From Octopus vulgaris (lineage: Eukaryota), in NCBI GenBank assembly GCA_951406725.2, contig OX597815.1, forward strand, positions 68,262,001-68,326,000: a stretch of 64,000 bases of DNA, in the 5' to 3' direction. This document shows positions 38,293-51,319 of the stretch, one piece after another. Within the stretch, counting starts at the first letter, position 1. Each line of letters begins with the position of its first letter. The notes beneath the pieces were generated by a model. That model saw nothing but the letters and a program-made list of their open reading frames with translations. It was not told where the DNA came from and did not search any database. Position numbers and translations under genes: made by a program.

Positions 38293-39018
38293 CATACCTT
38301 TCCTTCTTGGGACACAAAACTCCACTTGTAAAGACCCGTTGAGGCAAGTGAAAATCAAATCAAAAAATCAAAATCAAATCAGATATCAGAAAGCAGAACC
38401 AAAATGGAAGTCGATCAACATCAATGGAAATTGCGGCTGTGATACCAGTGCCGGTGACAAGTAAGTGAACCATCCGATTGTGGCCGTTGCCAGCGCCGCC
38501 CCGACTGGGTCCTTTCCGGTGGCACGTAAAAGCACCATCCGTTTGTGTCCGTTGCCAGCCTCACCTGGCCCCCGTGCCGGTGGCACATAAAAGCACCATC
38601 CGTTCATGGTCGTTGCCAGCCTCGCCTGGCCCCCGTGCCGGTGGCACGTAAAAAGCACCATCCGTTCGTGGCCGTTGCCAGTGCCGCCCCGACTGGCCTC
38701 CGTGTCGGTGGCTCGTAAAAGCACCATCCGTTCGTGTCCGTTGCCAGCCTCACCAGGCCCCCGTGCTGGTGGCATGTAAAAGCACCATCCGTTCGTGGCC
38801 GTTTGCCAGCACCGTCTGGCAACTGTGCGGGTGGCACATAAAAAGCACCCACTACACTCGCGGAGTGGTTGGCGTTAGGAAGGGCATCCAGCCGTAGAAA
38901 CACTGCCAGATCAGACTGGGCCTGATGCAGCCTTCTGGCTTCACAGACCCCAGTTGAACCTGTCCAACCCATGCTAGCATGGAAAGCGGACGCTAAATGA
39001 TGATGATGATGATGATGA
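38293..39018 (+). mobile_element. 5'-truncated RTE copy (3' UTR only) with ~60-bp tandem repeats and (GAT)n tail, inside a (TA)n tract
   Basis: Reverse-complement match to ~26124-26820. About six aagcaccatccgttcgtggccgttgccagc-type units; ends ggacgctaaatgatgatgat. Confidence 0.9.
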
Positions 39019-39020
39019 TA

Positions 39021-39063
<43 letters not shown>

Positions 39064-41064
39064 TATAATTTATCTAATAGGAATGATCATGAGTTATGCT
39101 TAACCTTTTGTGTTGTTCTTTAACACTTTCAAATTTTCAAGTCAAATCTCATTAGTAAGAATACTGCCTATCATCTATAACAATTAAGGGTAGAGGATTG
39201 GTATAATTGTTAGAGCTTGGGACAAAGTCTTACGGAATTTAGTTATGAACTTTTACATTATGAGTTCAAATCTCAGTGAGGTCAGCTTCATATCAAAGTT
39301 TGAAAATAAAAATTAGTCATGTGCTGGAAGGTCATTTAATAGGTCATACCTTTCCTTTCTCACAAATTTGGTACCAGTTTGTTATGTTAGAAATTATTAT
39401 TTGTATTTGAACTAAATTCTTAATGATTAGATATTTGGAACTGTTGGCATCAGGAAGGGCATTCAGCCATAAAAGCCATGCCAAAAGAGACAGTGGAACT
39501 TGGTGCATTCCTCTGAGTTGCCAGCTCCTATCAAACTGTCCAACCCATGCCAGCATGGAAGCTAGGCATTAAATAATGATGATGACTCAGAAGTCAAGGT
39601 GTTACTTACTGTGTATGCATTATCATTATTGTCATTTTAACATCCACTTTTTTATGTTTGTATGGGTCAGATGGAATGCACTGAGGCGGATTTTCTTTGG
39701 CTGGATGCCCTTCCTGTTGTCAACCTTCACCTGTTTCCAAGCAAGGTGTTTCCCCATGGCCAGATATGTTTTTCACAGAAAATTGGAAACAAACAAGATT
39801 GCCTGTATATGGTATTGCTTGTTTACAACTATCACATGACATCAAGGCAAGGGTACACACAAACATACTGTATACTCATTGGTTGGTTCAACATCTATTT
39901 TCCCATGCTCTTCCTGATACAATCCTTTAACTATTTTTCAAGTAAGGGATTGTGTGTGTAATGTTATTGATCCTTATGCTTCAATTTATATATTCTGTTT
40001 GTTATCAAATTGTTCACTTCTAAAGGATAAAAAAGATTCACTGATAACATACATTTTTTAAAAAAAGGCTAAAAAGAGAATCTTGTTAAATTTTAATAGT
40101 TATTTTTGTGAAAGATCTGGGTGAAATGGTGAGTAATTAATAAAGAAGGTGTTTTATGTGTAATGTTCTGTACATTTGAGTTTAAATATATGCTTGTTAT
40201 GAATATCTTCTGAACATTGACTATGTTACATGTAGTAATAACTTATCCTTTGGATTCATCCTGGCTGAACATACAGTATTGGTTATCAAATAGCAACAGT
40301 TATTTTGATACATTCACAGTCCTTTAGCTGTGAGATTTTAATGAAAGGTAAAGATTGAAATAACAGGATAAGTGATATTAGTAGAAGCACAAGTATTCAG
40401 ATTGAAAGTTAGATTGAGTTTAAAACTCAAATAGTCACATCAATAATTGGTTGAACCAAAAGAGTTGTTGAATGTTGGTTTAATAGATACTGGTAGAATG
40501 GTAGCACAGCCAGTGCTTTGTTAATTCCAAACTGGCTGTAAGAAACTCCCAAGACTTTATGACTTATTTATTATTATTTTAAAACATGTAAGAAATTATG
40601 TGTGATTGCAGGTGGGCAATGTTAGGTGAATAAGTTTGCAAAAATTCTAACAAGTCTGAAAAGTTTTGACCTTTTAGGGATATTCTCTTCAAAGGGATTC
40701 CATTAACTTTATTCAAGTAAAGCTGGGTCTTACTGAATGCTTCTTAAGTAGTAAATGGATTTGCTAAATTTAGATTTGATTTTTGCCAACACATGCTGCT
40801 ACAGTCCCGTTTCATGGTGTCTATAGATAGATCTTGTGTATTTTTGTATGTTGTTAACATACTACTACCACATAATGATAATAATGTCATGCATTAAAAA
40901 TCAATTCTGTGTGACTCCATCAAAGAAAGTGCTGAAGCTGATGTTACTAAGTAGACCAAAATCATAATCCTTTTGCTTGTTAAATCTGAATGTGACCCCA
41001 ATTGCTTTTATAACTCCAAGATTATTTTAGAGCAAAACTAGACATGTTTTCATGTGTGTGTTTT

Positions 41065-41425
41065 ATCTTTTACTTGTTTCAGTCATTGAACTGTAGCTGT
41101 GCTATGGCACCACCTTGAAATGGTTTTTGTCGAACAAATCAACCCCAGTATTTTTGTTTTTTTTAAACTAGGTACTTATTCTGTTGGTCTCTTTTGCCAA
41201 ACTGATAAGTTATGAGGATGTAAACAAACCACCAGTTATCAAATGGCAGCAGGACACACGCATGCATATGCACACACACATGTATACAATGGACTTCTTT
41301 CAGTTATTGTCTACCAAATCCACTCACAAGTCTTTGGTCAGCCCAGGGCTATAGTAGAAGAAATTTGTCCATGGTGCCATGCAGAAGAACTGAATCCAGA
41401 GCCATGTGGTTGAGAAGCAAACTTA
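41065..41425 (-). mobile_element. tRNA/CORE-type SINE with ...tgactgaaacaagtaaaaga tail
   Basis: Reverse complement of the copies at 56476 and 58575. Confidence 0.75.
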
Positions 41426-42717
41426 CCACACAGTCATACCTGCATACACACACAGAAATTATCTTTACTTGTCTCTGTTATATAGTATTTGGTTGTTCCC
41501 ATTGTCTTTTGTGGTTGACTTTTGCTGTTAAACATAGATGTTTGTAGTTTTCCCAGTAGATTATTTGTCAACATAACATTGTCTTTCAACAAATCAATTG
41601 AACAGGTTTGATTCAGTTATATATCAGAAATACTTGTTAGTTCCTTTGGAAACTTATTTTGTCTGTCATCATCTTGTAAACGCAACAAGAAGTGAAGATA
41701 ATCACCAACAGAACAAAAAAGAAAAAAAAATGCCCATTTCTGTAGATATGTAAATCTGGTGTTTGAATCTCATTTTTTTGTGTCAGAATATTGTTTGCTA
41801 TATTTATCTAGAAGTTTGGAAATTGCCAAAATGGTTGTAGTTTTTCTTTTACTTTCTTTTTTGTTTTTAACATCACATCCTGTCTCCCCACTATTTCTTT
41901 CTTTCACATTTGTACTGGATATGAATGTATCTGGTTTCCTGAAGGTTAGTTTTATAATTTATTGGATGCAACTGATAGCTATGACAAACTGCCTTATTTC
42001 ATAGCTTCTAATCTTTTCACTGTGTGAAGGCATGCAAAGAATGTAGCGGTAAAAAATGCTTTCTATAACCATGTGATGGAGGGAATTACCTTCCTATATT
42101 ATTCAGGTTTATATCCATTTTTCCAACACCCCACTCCCCTTATGCTATCTTAAGTATGTTGTTATTAGCAAATTTCATTTATTTGCTTATGAATTGTTGT
42201 GGCAACTTTATTTTTATATAGAAGGATCCTCATTTGCTAACATCACTGACTATAGGGAAGGGTTATGGGAGCCTGTATATAGTCAATCAACTTGTTGGAA
42301 ATAACAGCCAAATGTCCCTCCTGGCTCAAAAACATAAAAAAGGAAAGGATGCATTAGGATAGTGTAGTCTTAAATAAATGTAAAAAGATGATCTTAACTA
42401 GAATACCTTGAGCATAGATCTATTCAATCAGATCACACCTGGTGTTAAATAACAATCACTTCAAACATGAAGAGAAAGTGATATTGATTTTAAACTTGTT
42501 AAATTTAGCAATATATATCTAGCACCCCATACCCCCAATAGTCATGCTTCAGCATCTTGATGTTGTATTCACTGTGTTTCTTAGTATTTTTTTTTTTAAT
42601 TGGGACTTTTTTTTTTTTTTTGAATGTAGCATTTGAGTTGGTGAAAAATGTTTACAAGCTGTGTCACCTCCACCAGTGTTTCGTATTATCTTATCACTGA
42701 AAGTTTAGCTTGCTTAT

Positions 42718-43099
42718 GTTTTTACCCGCCAAGGAATGAGGTTATGTTTTCATCAGTGTTGGTTTGTCCGTCTGTCTGTCTGCAAAACAACTCAAAAAGT
42801 TGTGAACAGTATTTGATGAAACTTACAGGAAAAGTTGGTAATGAAACAAGGAACAAATGATGAAATTTTGGTAGTGATCCGGGAACTTTTATGGATTCTT
42901 GAAGGATTTTTCATTTGTTATATCTACTTTACATGAAGTATTACAATGTTACATTCTTTGATTATCTCCCTTGAAAACACATTCATCAATTCCACGCAAC
43001 CTATGATACTGTTGCTGAATCCAAAGTTTATTTTCATTTCTCTATTAGTAATTTTACTTGCATATCTATCTTAAAATAAACTGCTTGGCAGAGGTCTGC
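42718..43099 (+). mobile_element. Helentron-associated interspersed element (HINE/DINE-1-like)
   Basis: T-run start tttttacccgccaagg, ggttatgttttca, (GTCT)n microsatellite, and the subterminal inverted motif cttggcagaggtctgcg at ~43084. Confidence 0.65.
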
Positions 43100-43545
43100 G
43101 GAGGATGATATGACAAGCCTTGACTATTGGGATCGACTCAAAAAGCTCAGGCTTTGCTCCCTCTGCCTCTGCTGTGAGCTCTATATCTTCTGTATGATGT
43201 GGAAAATATTCCATCAACATTGCCCGTCTTTAAAATTCGTCCAAGGCTTGGCCCCTGTGCCATCCGTCCACTACAGAAATATTTGTGTCATATCACAATA
43301 CTATGACAGAACTATTTCACCTCAATTGACCCTGCTCTCTTCAACATAATGCCAGACACATAAAGGAGGAAAGTGACTTCACAGCATTCAAATGATCCCT
43401 AGATGATTACTCCCAACAAATACCAGATAAACTACCCACACCCAGATATGTCTCTGAAAACAATAACCCTCTGCTTGAATGGGCTACGATTCTCCAGAGC
43501 TGACTGTATCGCTTCCAGGTGGTGCTATTAAATTAGACAAGGTTG
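43100..43545 (+). mobile_element. CR1/L2-group LINE 3' fragment
   Basis: LDYWDRLKKLRL.SL...MWKI C-terminal motif; a related copy lies at ~60755-61170. Confidence 0.6.
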
Positions 43546-43559
43546 CTACATTAGGAGAT

Positions 43560-44476
43560 GACACTGTAGCTCTTGGCAGCTGAATTTAGGAAGGGAAGGG
43601 GGAGTCTTAAAGATGACCCAACTGCCACCACCAAAGAAAACATTGATTGTGTTTACCTCATGGTGATGGATGACAGGTGATTGACTATAAATCAAATATT
43701 CAATGCTATTAGCATATTCCATGAGAGAGTTGAGAATATTCTGCAGAATGAACTTGGCATGACAAAGGTTTCTGCTTGGTGGGTGCCACATCTTCTGACA
43801 CCTGATCAAAAGTGCACCAAACTGATCACCTCACAGGAAAATCTGGTTTCTTTGAATGTTTCCTAACCCAGGATGAGTATTGGGTTCATCACTTTGAGCC
43901 AGACAAGGAGACTATCCATGCAGTGGAAACACCTGTCCTCACCTGGTCCAAAGAAGGCCATGGTCATTTCATCTGCTGACAGGGTGATGGCCTCAGTTTT
44001 TGAGATGCAAAAGGCATTGTGTTTATTGACAATCTTCAAAAGGGTCATACTATCAATTACTGAGGCAGTTACAGAAGGCTATCAAGACCAAACATCCAGG
44101 AAAACTGATGGAAAGGATCTTCTTTCATTGGGACAATGCTCCAGCACAAAAGCCCATGGTTTCAATGGCTGCTGTGTGTGACTGTGGCTTTGAACTGGCT
44201 TATCAGTCTCTCTGTTCTCCTGATTTGGCTACATCTGGCTATCATCTGTTCTCCAACATTAAAAAACAACAACACTTGACTGGAAACCAGTGTCACAGTG
44301 ATGGTGTCATATCTGTTGTTGATGACTTTTACCAACTGGATGAAAGCTTCTTAACCAATGCAACACCCATGGAAGAAGTGTGTGAACTACAAGGGAGATG
44401 ATGTAAAATAAATCTCAATTGGTCACATTCCATGAGAGTATCTTGGTTAGCCTATGAACTTTTCAAACAACCCTCA
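43560..44476 (+). mobile_element. mariner transposon relic
   Basis: LGMTKVSAWWVPHLLT, QDE.WVHHFEP, MQWKH, FHWDNAP, SPDLATSGYHLF. 3' end ...cttttcaaacaaccctca|ta. Confidence 0.85.
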
Positions 44477-46351
44477 TAATTCTTTTGATACCAATCTGCC
44501 TGTGACTGCCCCTGGTTCTGTGATACAAACTTCATATTTTAAAATGATCTAAAATAAAACCTTCCATCAAAATTTCATGTTTTAAACACTGGTTTAATAA
44601 TGACAATTATTTTAGTAAATTTTTCATTAATTTCTAATTGATAGGAACACAAGTAGTTTACTGCAATTTTGTTATCTATTATAGTGATTGAGGTAAAATA
44701 AGACATGAAAAAACTCAACTTGTCTACACTGTAGAGCTCTAGCTTCATATTTACAAACTGACACACAAAGCATAATTTAAAACAAAATTAAACCAATGGT
44801 GCAAAAGAAAATATGGCACAAAATAAGCTTGGTAGGAAAAGTGCTAAATCTGGCCTGCAAAACCAAACAAGTTTGACACCTGATTTATGTAATTAAAAAA
44901 TATCTAATTAAATAGGTTATGTTTACGATTTGGGGATAGAGTTGCTAGTAAGGTAAATGGTAAACTATACTGGAAATTATCTGCAGTAAAAGAAGAGAAA
45001 GAAATACATCTTTCTGAAAACCAACATTAATTGAAATTGGTATTTCTGTGTATTTGAATTTCTCAGTAACACCTTTATTATAACTAGTATCTTTATTATA
45101 AATGTAGCATATCACAAAGTATTAACTGTAATAACTTTTTAAATTAACTTTTGATTGTTTCTATATTAATGTAACCTGACTTCAAATATCTAGGAGTATT
45201 TGCAAGTTTTCATCAGTTGATAACAATTATCTTTCTTCTTTCAGTGAAATAGTTAACATGAGAACTACAATTAAATATTTAAATAGAATTAAATTAGTTT
45301 TTATCATATCACTGACATTGTCAACCTGTCAAGTAGCTTTATAAAATACTGACAGTAAAAGGTTTCAGATGTTTGATAAAATGCATATTTATGAAATTTG
45401 ATAATATCCAATATTATTGAACATTGCCTGCAACTATCAAACTGTTATTAAAAATTTGAAGATTTCATGGTTTTTATTAGTTTTATGTTCTTTGTCAGAT
45501 AAATTTGTTCATTCCACTCCCTCAATAATTTTCATTTGACAATTTAAACAAACCAGCCAATAATATATTCTCCTTCATTGTTCATGTTTACTTACCAATG
45601 TCCCACTGGCTTGTTTATGCCTTGACAGTAGAAATCCCTGGTTTTCACCCAAAGAATTCATTCAGCCACCTTTTCAGCTCTGAGTTTTTAAAAGAATCAC
45701 TACGTAGTGTTGGAAAGTGACCAAAAAATGGTGATAATCTTAAAGCACTGAGTTCTTTGATCAGATTAATGAAATGATGGTGAGTGGTGTCATGTGGAAG
45801 AAGGTGGCACTTCATTGTCATATGTCTGAAGAGAGATAAAAATTATTCAAATTTCAAAAATAATAAGCAAGTTGAAGAGGAAGATCAGAAGAATTTTTTT
45901 TTTTTCATGTTTATTCAAATATCATTGAAAAGAAATGAACAAATTTATCTGACAACTCATTATTATTCACCCTGGAAAAGTGCAAGATGTTGTTGTTGTT
46001 TAGCTTCAGACCACCTTTGATTAAAGCACCCCAGCCATGGCCGTCACATGTTATTTTCAATCTGTATATACATGACTACATTATCTAGTGTGTTTGTTTT
46101 CTGTTAGATGGTTTGCATGTGGTTTCAAGGATATTTGGCTGCTATATCTAGCAGGTTATTTTGTTAGCTTGAGCTCAATTACATCAGAATGGCTGCAGCA
46201 GAGTTTGAAGAGTACGTCATTGTAGAAAAGGAGTATAAACATTGGAAGTAGTTTAACATTGAGTTACAGAAGAAACCACAAATAACTTAAGAAATTCAAG
46301 AGATGTTATATTTTAAGCTCATCTATTTGATAACTAAATAGAATATAAGTG

Positions 46352-46456
<105 letters not shown>

Positions 46457-46576
46457 ATACATGCTCATATCATGAGCAATGTAGCAACTATCAGAAACTC
46501 TGTTCTTATTAAAAATCCCTAGAACTTACTCAGATATCAGTGAGCATAGTTCATTCTAACATCTTATCACTATCTC

Positions 46577-46661
46577 CATCTTCTTTCCTGCTACTCCCAC
46601 CCACTCTTATACAATGCTGAATAGCTATGTATAAGAGCGGGTGGGAGTAGTAGGAAAGATG
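46577..46661 (+). other. Intronic stem-loop (31-bp stem, 14-nt loop), pre-miRNA-like
   Basis: 46583-46613 pairs with 46628-46658 with one A.C mismatch (46603/46638) and one G.U (46590/46651); lower-stem extension catc/gatg. Confidence 0.6.
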
Positions 46662-46725
46662 CATATAAGGAATTGTATATATTGAGTGCATGTATACTTA
46701 CTAATTAATTGTTTCTTATTTACAG

Positions 46726-46901
46726 ACAAGAAAACTGTCCAGGAAATAGCAAAGCTCCGGTTAAAAGCTACAGATTTTGAAGTGAAGGAAATCATTGGCC
46801 GTGGTCATTTCGGGGAAGTTCGTGTGGTGCGTGAGAGATATAGTGGTACTGTCCATGCTATGAAAATGCTGGAGAAAAGTAAAACTCTAGCTCAATCTGA
46901 T
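46726..46901 (+). CDS. CIT: Citron Rho-interacting kinase-like, coding exon (kinase subdomains I-II)
   Basis: Acceptor tttcttatttacag|AC with branch-like TACTAAT at 46699-46705; donor GAT|gtaagt at 46902. 176 nt, entering phase 1 and leaving phase 0. Translates (x)KKTVQEIAKLRLKATDFEVKEIIGRGHFGEVRVVRERYSGTVHAMKMLEKSKTLAQSD: Gly-loop GxGHF and AMK lysine. His in GxGHF is CIT-like; ROCK/MRCK have GRGAF. Confidence 0.92.
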
Positions 46902-47019
46902 GTAAGTTATTGCTATGTTTTAATTATCCCAATAGTGTTTGTTTATGAAAAAAAATTGCAAAAAATATCAAAATTATATAATTATGATGATGGTAATTGA
47001 AGAGGACAATAACAGTGAT

Positions 47020-49080
47020 TCCCCTTCCTGGTAAGCTGACAGAATCATCAGGATGCTAGAAAAAATTTTTGCAGTATTCTGACATTTTACATTTTGAGTT
47101 CAAATCCTGCTGAGGACACCTTTGCCATTCATCCCTCTAGGGATTACCCATCAAATACTGGATCAGTGGTATCAGCTGAACCCTTCCCTCAAAATGTTGG
47201 CCTTATACTTAAATTGGAAACCTTATTATTAAGGCAGTGAACTGGTAGATTCATTAGTGTGACAGACAAAATACTTTACGACATGTCTTCCAGTTCTTTA
47301 TGTTGAGTTCAAATGCCACCAGGGTCAACTTTACTTTTTATCTTTTCAGGGTTTGTAAAGTACCTGTTTGGTATTGGGGTTAATGCAATCAACCATCGCC
47401 ATCATTAAAATTGCTTGCTTTGTACAAAAATTTGAGATTATTATTATTGTATTGAGCCCTTGTGGCCAATAAAAGAAATCCTTATTATACTTTATGGCAT
47501 TTCTTCTAGAATTATGATCTGAGTTCAAGTTCTGTTGAGGTCAACTTTATCTTTCATCTTTTTGGGGTCAATAAAATAAGTTAAGTACTGAGGTCGATGT
47601 AATCAACTTCCCCGTCCCTTCAAAAACTACTGGTCCTGTGCCCAAAATTTGAAAATATTTATTATTAGCGCATAGCTATGACTTTAGTAAGAGGGTACAG
47701 TCAGATATTGGTTCAAACAGTAACTGACTGTTACTTGTTTTTTGTGACCCTGGGAGGATAGCATGCAAAGTTTGCTTTAACAGAAATGGAATTCAGAATG
47801 TAAAATGACAAGTGTTATAATAATGATAATAATAATAACTGTTGGAAGTACTGTCATGTACATGTTTTGTCTTGGTATAAAACATGGGCTACAGCAAATA
47901 TTCTGCTGGGTTCCACAGATTTGCTTGTCAGTTGTTTAACCATAACCAATTGAGCATTTCTCTTGATGGCTGACGATATGTGCATCTCTAATCACAAGCA
48001 GAAGTAGTGGTGAGCATCATAGCCATGTGTTGAGAGGAATTCTTTGGGATTTGAATAATTCACCTGTGGAAGCATAGGTGTTTCATTCAACATCTTTAAA
48101 CAACCCTTATTCAGGGACCTTTAGAGCAGGATGGGCTATTCGACCTGAAGAAAATTCTAACAGAGCCTGCCTGCATGGTCATGCGCTGTTTATCTTGATA
48201 TGAGATCACCATGTTGTGCACATATGGTTGTGATGCATGTACCTGGTGTACCCCAGTGTCACTTTGATGGCATGCACTACTCTCTCAATAATAATAATAT
48301 AATAATAATAATAACGATAATAATAATAATCCTTTCTACTAGAAGCACAACACTAAAATTTTCATCAACCCATGCACAATTGATACTTATTTCATTGACC
48401 CTGAAAAATGAAAGCACAGTTGATGCCAGCAGAATTTGAACTCAGCTTTCGAAAATGCTGCTAAACTTTTTGTCCAGCAGGCTAATGATTCTTCCTGCTC
48501 ACCACCTTAATAATACTTTCTAATTTTGGTACTAGGAAAGCCATTTTAGGGTAGGGGTTATGTTGGTTACATCAACTCCAATGCTCAATGTGTACTTATT
48601 TCATCAACCTTGGTGGAATTTGAACTCTGTCTGATGCATTAACAGTTCTTCCTGCTTGCCATGTTAATAATATTTCAAATTTTAGCACAAAGTCAGCAAT
48701 TTAAAGGAGAGGAAGTAAGTCAATTACATTGACTCCTTGTGCTTATTTTATTGATCCAAAAAGGGAGAAAGGTAAAGTTGACTTTGACAGAATTTGAACT
48801 CTGTCCAACATGCTAACAATTCTGCCAGCTTGTCACCCTAATAATAATAATAATAATAATAATATTTTCTGAAATTTGTGGAGAGGGGCTACTTGATGAT
48901 GTCTACTGCAGTGCTTGACTAGTACTTAATTTATTGTCCCGAAATGATGAAAAGTAAAGTTCACTTTAGCAGAATTTGAACTCAGAACATAAACACAAAC
49001 GTAAAGCTTCTAAGCAATTTGCCCTGTGTGCTAACAATTCTACCAGCTCGGAACCTTAATCATAATAACAACAACAACGA
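47020..49080. mobile_element. Cluster of short tRNA-derived SINEs (Meta/MESC-like core) separated by (TAA)n
   Basis: Repeated gagttcaaattctgcc...gtcaactttgcctttcatc...ggggtcgataaaataagtac on + (47020-47660) and its reverse complement in tandem on - (48320-49060). Confidence 0.7.
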
Positions 49081-49534
49081 TAATAAAATTTCAGTTGAGA
49101 GACAGAATGTTATATACTAATCATCCTCATTAGATATACGTTTGTCTGATTATTTGATTTGTAACATGTTGTCATGTTTGCATAATACTATATGTCAAAC
49201 TTGTAACTGACTTTCCATACAACTTGTGAGTGATCTAAGTATATGGAATACGACAGTAAAAGCAGATTAGTCGATATATGATGACATATTGAAAGTTTTC
49301 CAATATCTATAAAAATGACATATTTTCCACATGAAAAACACTTCTAACTTTTTTTAAATAACTCGTTAGCTAACTTTCTGTTTCATTACAGTGTCTTTTA
49401 TGTGAATTGTACCCACATGTATCATGAATAGTGTAATTCACTTGATAGTTTTAACATCTTTTCCACCATACTGGTATGGGTTTAGATGAGTTATGTGAGG
49501 CAGGATTTTTATGGATGGTCTTCTGCACACTCAC

Positions 49535-50080
49535 AGACAGCTGTATGGTTAAGAAGTTTGCTCCCAACCATATTGTTTTGGGTTCAGTCCCACTGCATGG
49601 CACCTTAGCCAAGTGTCTTCAATTTCAACCCTGGGTCAACTAAAGCCTTGTGAGTGGTTTTGGTATACAGGAACTGAGAGAAGTCCAGTGTGTATGTGTT
49701 TTTGTGATTCTTCAGCTTGGCATTGTGTGGTAGATGTAAATGAGTGTCACTGTCATACAAGCAGTGGCATGCTTTTCCATGTCTGACTACAAGGAAATAT
49801 TACCTTGCTTGGAAATAGAAGAGTCTGGTAATCAGAGGAACATCAAACTATGAAAATCTGCTTCAATAAGCTCATGACAACCCATGCAAGCATGAAAAGT
49901 GGATGTTAAAACAATGACAAAACATTTGATAGTCTTTCTGCAGTTTCTATTTACCTAATTCTCTCACAAGGCATTAGTTGATCAAGGCTATAGTCAAAGA
50001 CACTTACCCAAGGTGCCATGCAGTGAGACTGAACCCACAATCACACTTGTGAAATGAACCTCTCAACCTTATGGCCATTC
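49535..50080. mobile_element. Two CORE-type SINEs in opposite orientation (+ ~49535-49915, - ~49935-50080)
   Basis: gttcagtcccactgcatggcaccttagccaagtgtc versus gacacttacccaaggtgccatgcagtgagactgaac. Confidence 0.75.
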
Positions 50081-50591
50081 TTTTATAAGTATGCATCAGA
50101 TTCTTATGTTTACCTATGAGTATTTTATTTTTATTTTGAGAATTTTATTACTCTAAGACATAAAGGCAAATGATTAAAGACACAAGCTTATGTAGTGATC
50201 ATAAGTTCAAAATTTTCTATTATCAGTTCCTTTGAACTTGTTTTAGTTGATCAGCTGCTTATTTGCTGCTTGAATTAGCCTTGAATAATAACTATTTGTA
50301 AAAGGTTAAAAATATACTGAGCCATTTAATCCTTAATGTTCTCACCAAACTTAACTTATTTTTCTTTCATGTTTATACAGAATTTAAGTATTCTTTAAAT
50401 CTTGCAGCAATATTCAGTTCTAATATATCTTATTGCACTTGTCCAAACCAACAGTCATCTAGTCAGTTCCATTCTAGGAATAACAAAGATGTTCCATTAT
50501 CTTAATTCCTTTATTTTAGGATCTCCATTTCAATTTCATGTATACGTTAGTATCCTGATGTTTCATTCTGATTTCTTTGTTTCTCATGTAG

Positions 50592-50740
50592 GTGTCTTTC
50601 TTCTCTGAAGAGAAAGAAATCATGGCTAAAGCTGACAGTTGCTGGATAACAAAACTCCACTACACCTTTCAAGATGCTAATTATCTGTACTTTGTCATGG
50701 AATTCTATCCTGGAGGAGATTTACTATCTCTATTATCAAG
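50592..50740 (+). CDS. CIT: Citron Rho-interacting kinase-like, coding exon (subdomains III-V)
   Basis: Acceptor tttctcatgtag|GTG; donor AG|gtaagc at 50741. 149 nt, phase 0 to 2, in frame with the previous exon. [49 protein letters not shown](R) is collinear with the CIT pattern VSFFEEE...LQYAFQD...[14 protein letters not shown]. Confidence 0.93.
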
Positions 50741-51319
50741 GTAAGCATTACAGTATTACTTTGTAAGTAATATTAACCCTTTATAGCGGTTTAGGTTTAC
50801 ATTTGCCTTTTGGTTCTCAATCATTTGGTCTTGGGCAAGTGTCGTCTAGTCTCAGGTTATAGTACTGCACCTTGGTCAAGTGTCTGCTAGTATAGCCTCA
50901 GGCTGATCAAAGCCTTGTGAGTGGATTTGATAAATAAAATAAAAAAGCTCATCGTGTGTGTTGTGTGCATGCGTGCATGCATGTATGCATCCATTTCTTG
51001 ACATCAAGTGGCGGTTGTAAACTACTCTGCATGAAGCACATGTCTGACCATGAGGAAATATTTCTTTGCTTCGAAAAAGGTAAGGGTTGGTGATAGGTAG
51101 GGAATCCAGGTATAGAAAGTCTGCCTCAACAAATTCCATCTGACCCATTCGACCATTGAAAAGTAGAAGCTCTGAAATTGACTTATCATACTAATGAGTT
51201 TTTATAACAATCAACCTTGGGAGTATACAAAAGTGGACTTCAAACAATACAATAATTTTTATAAAATTATATTAAAGAAAGGTGAAAATTGAAATAACTG
51301 CTCTAGTTTGTTTGCAATC

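Noticed and set aside
46686-47000. ORF-track 104-aa kinase ORF taken as a complete gene
   Set aside because: Only 46726-46901 is exon; the flanks are intron read-through.
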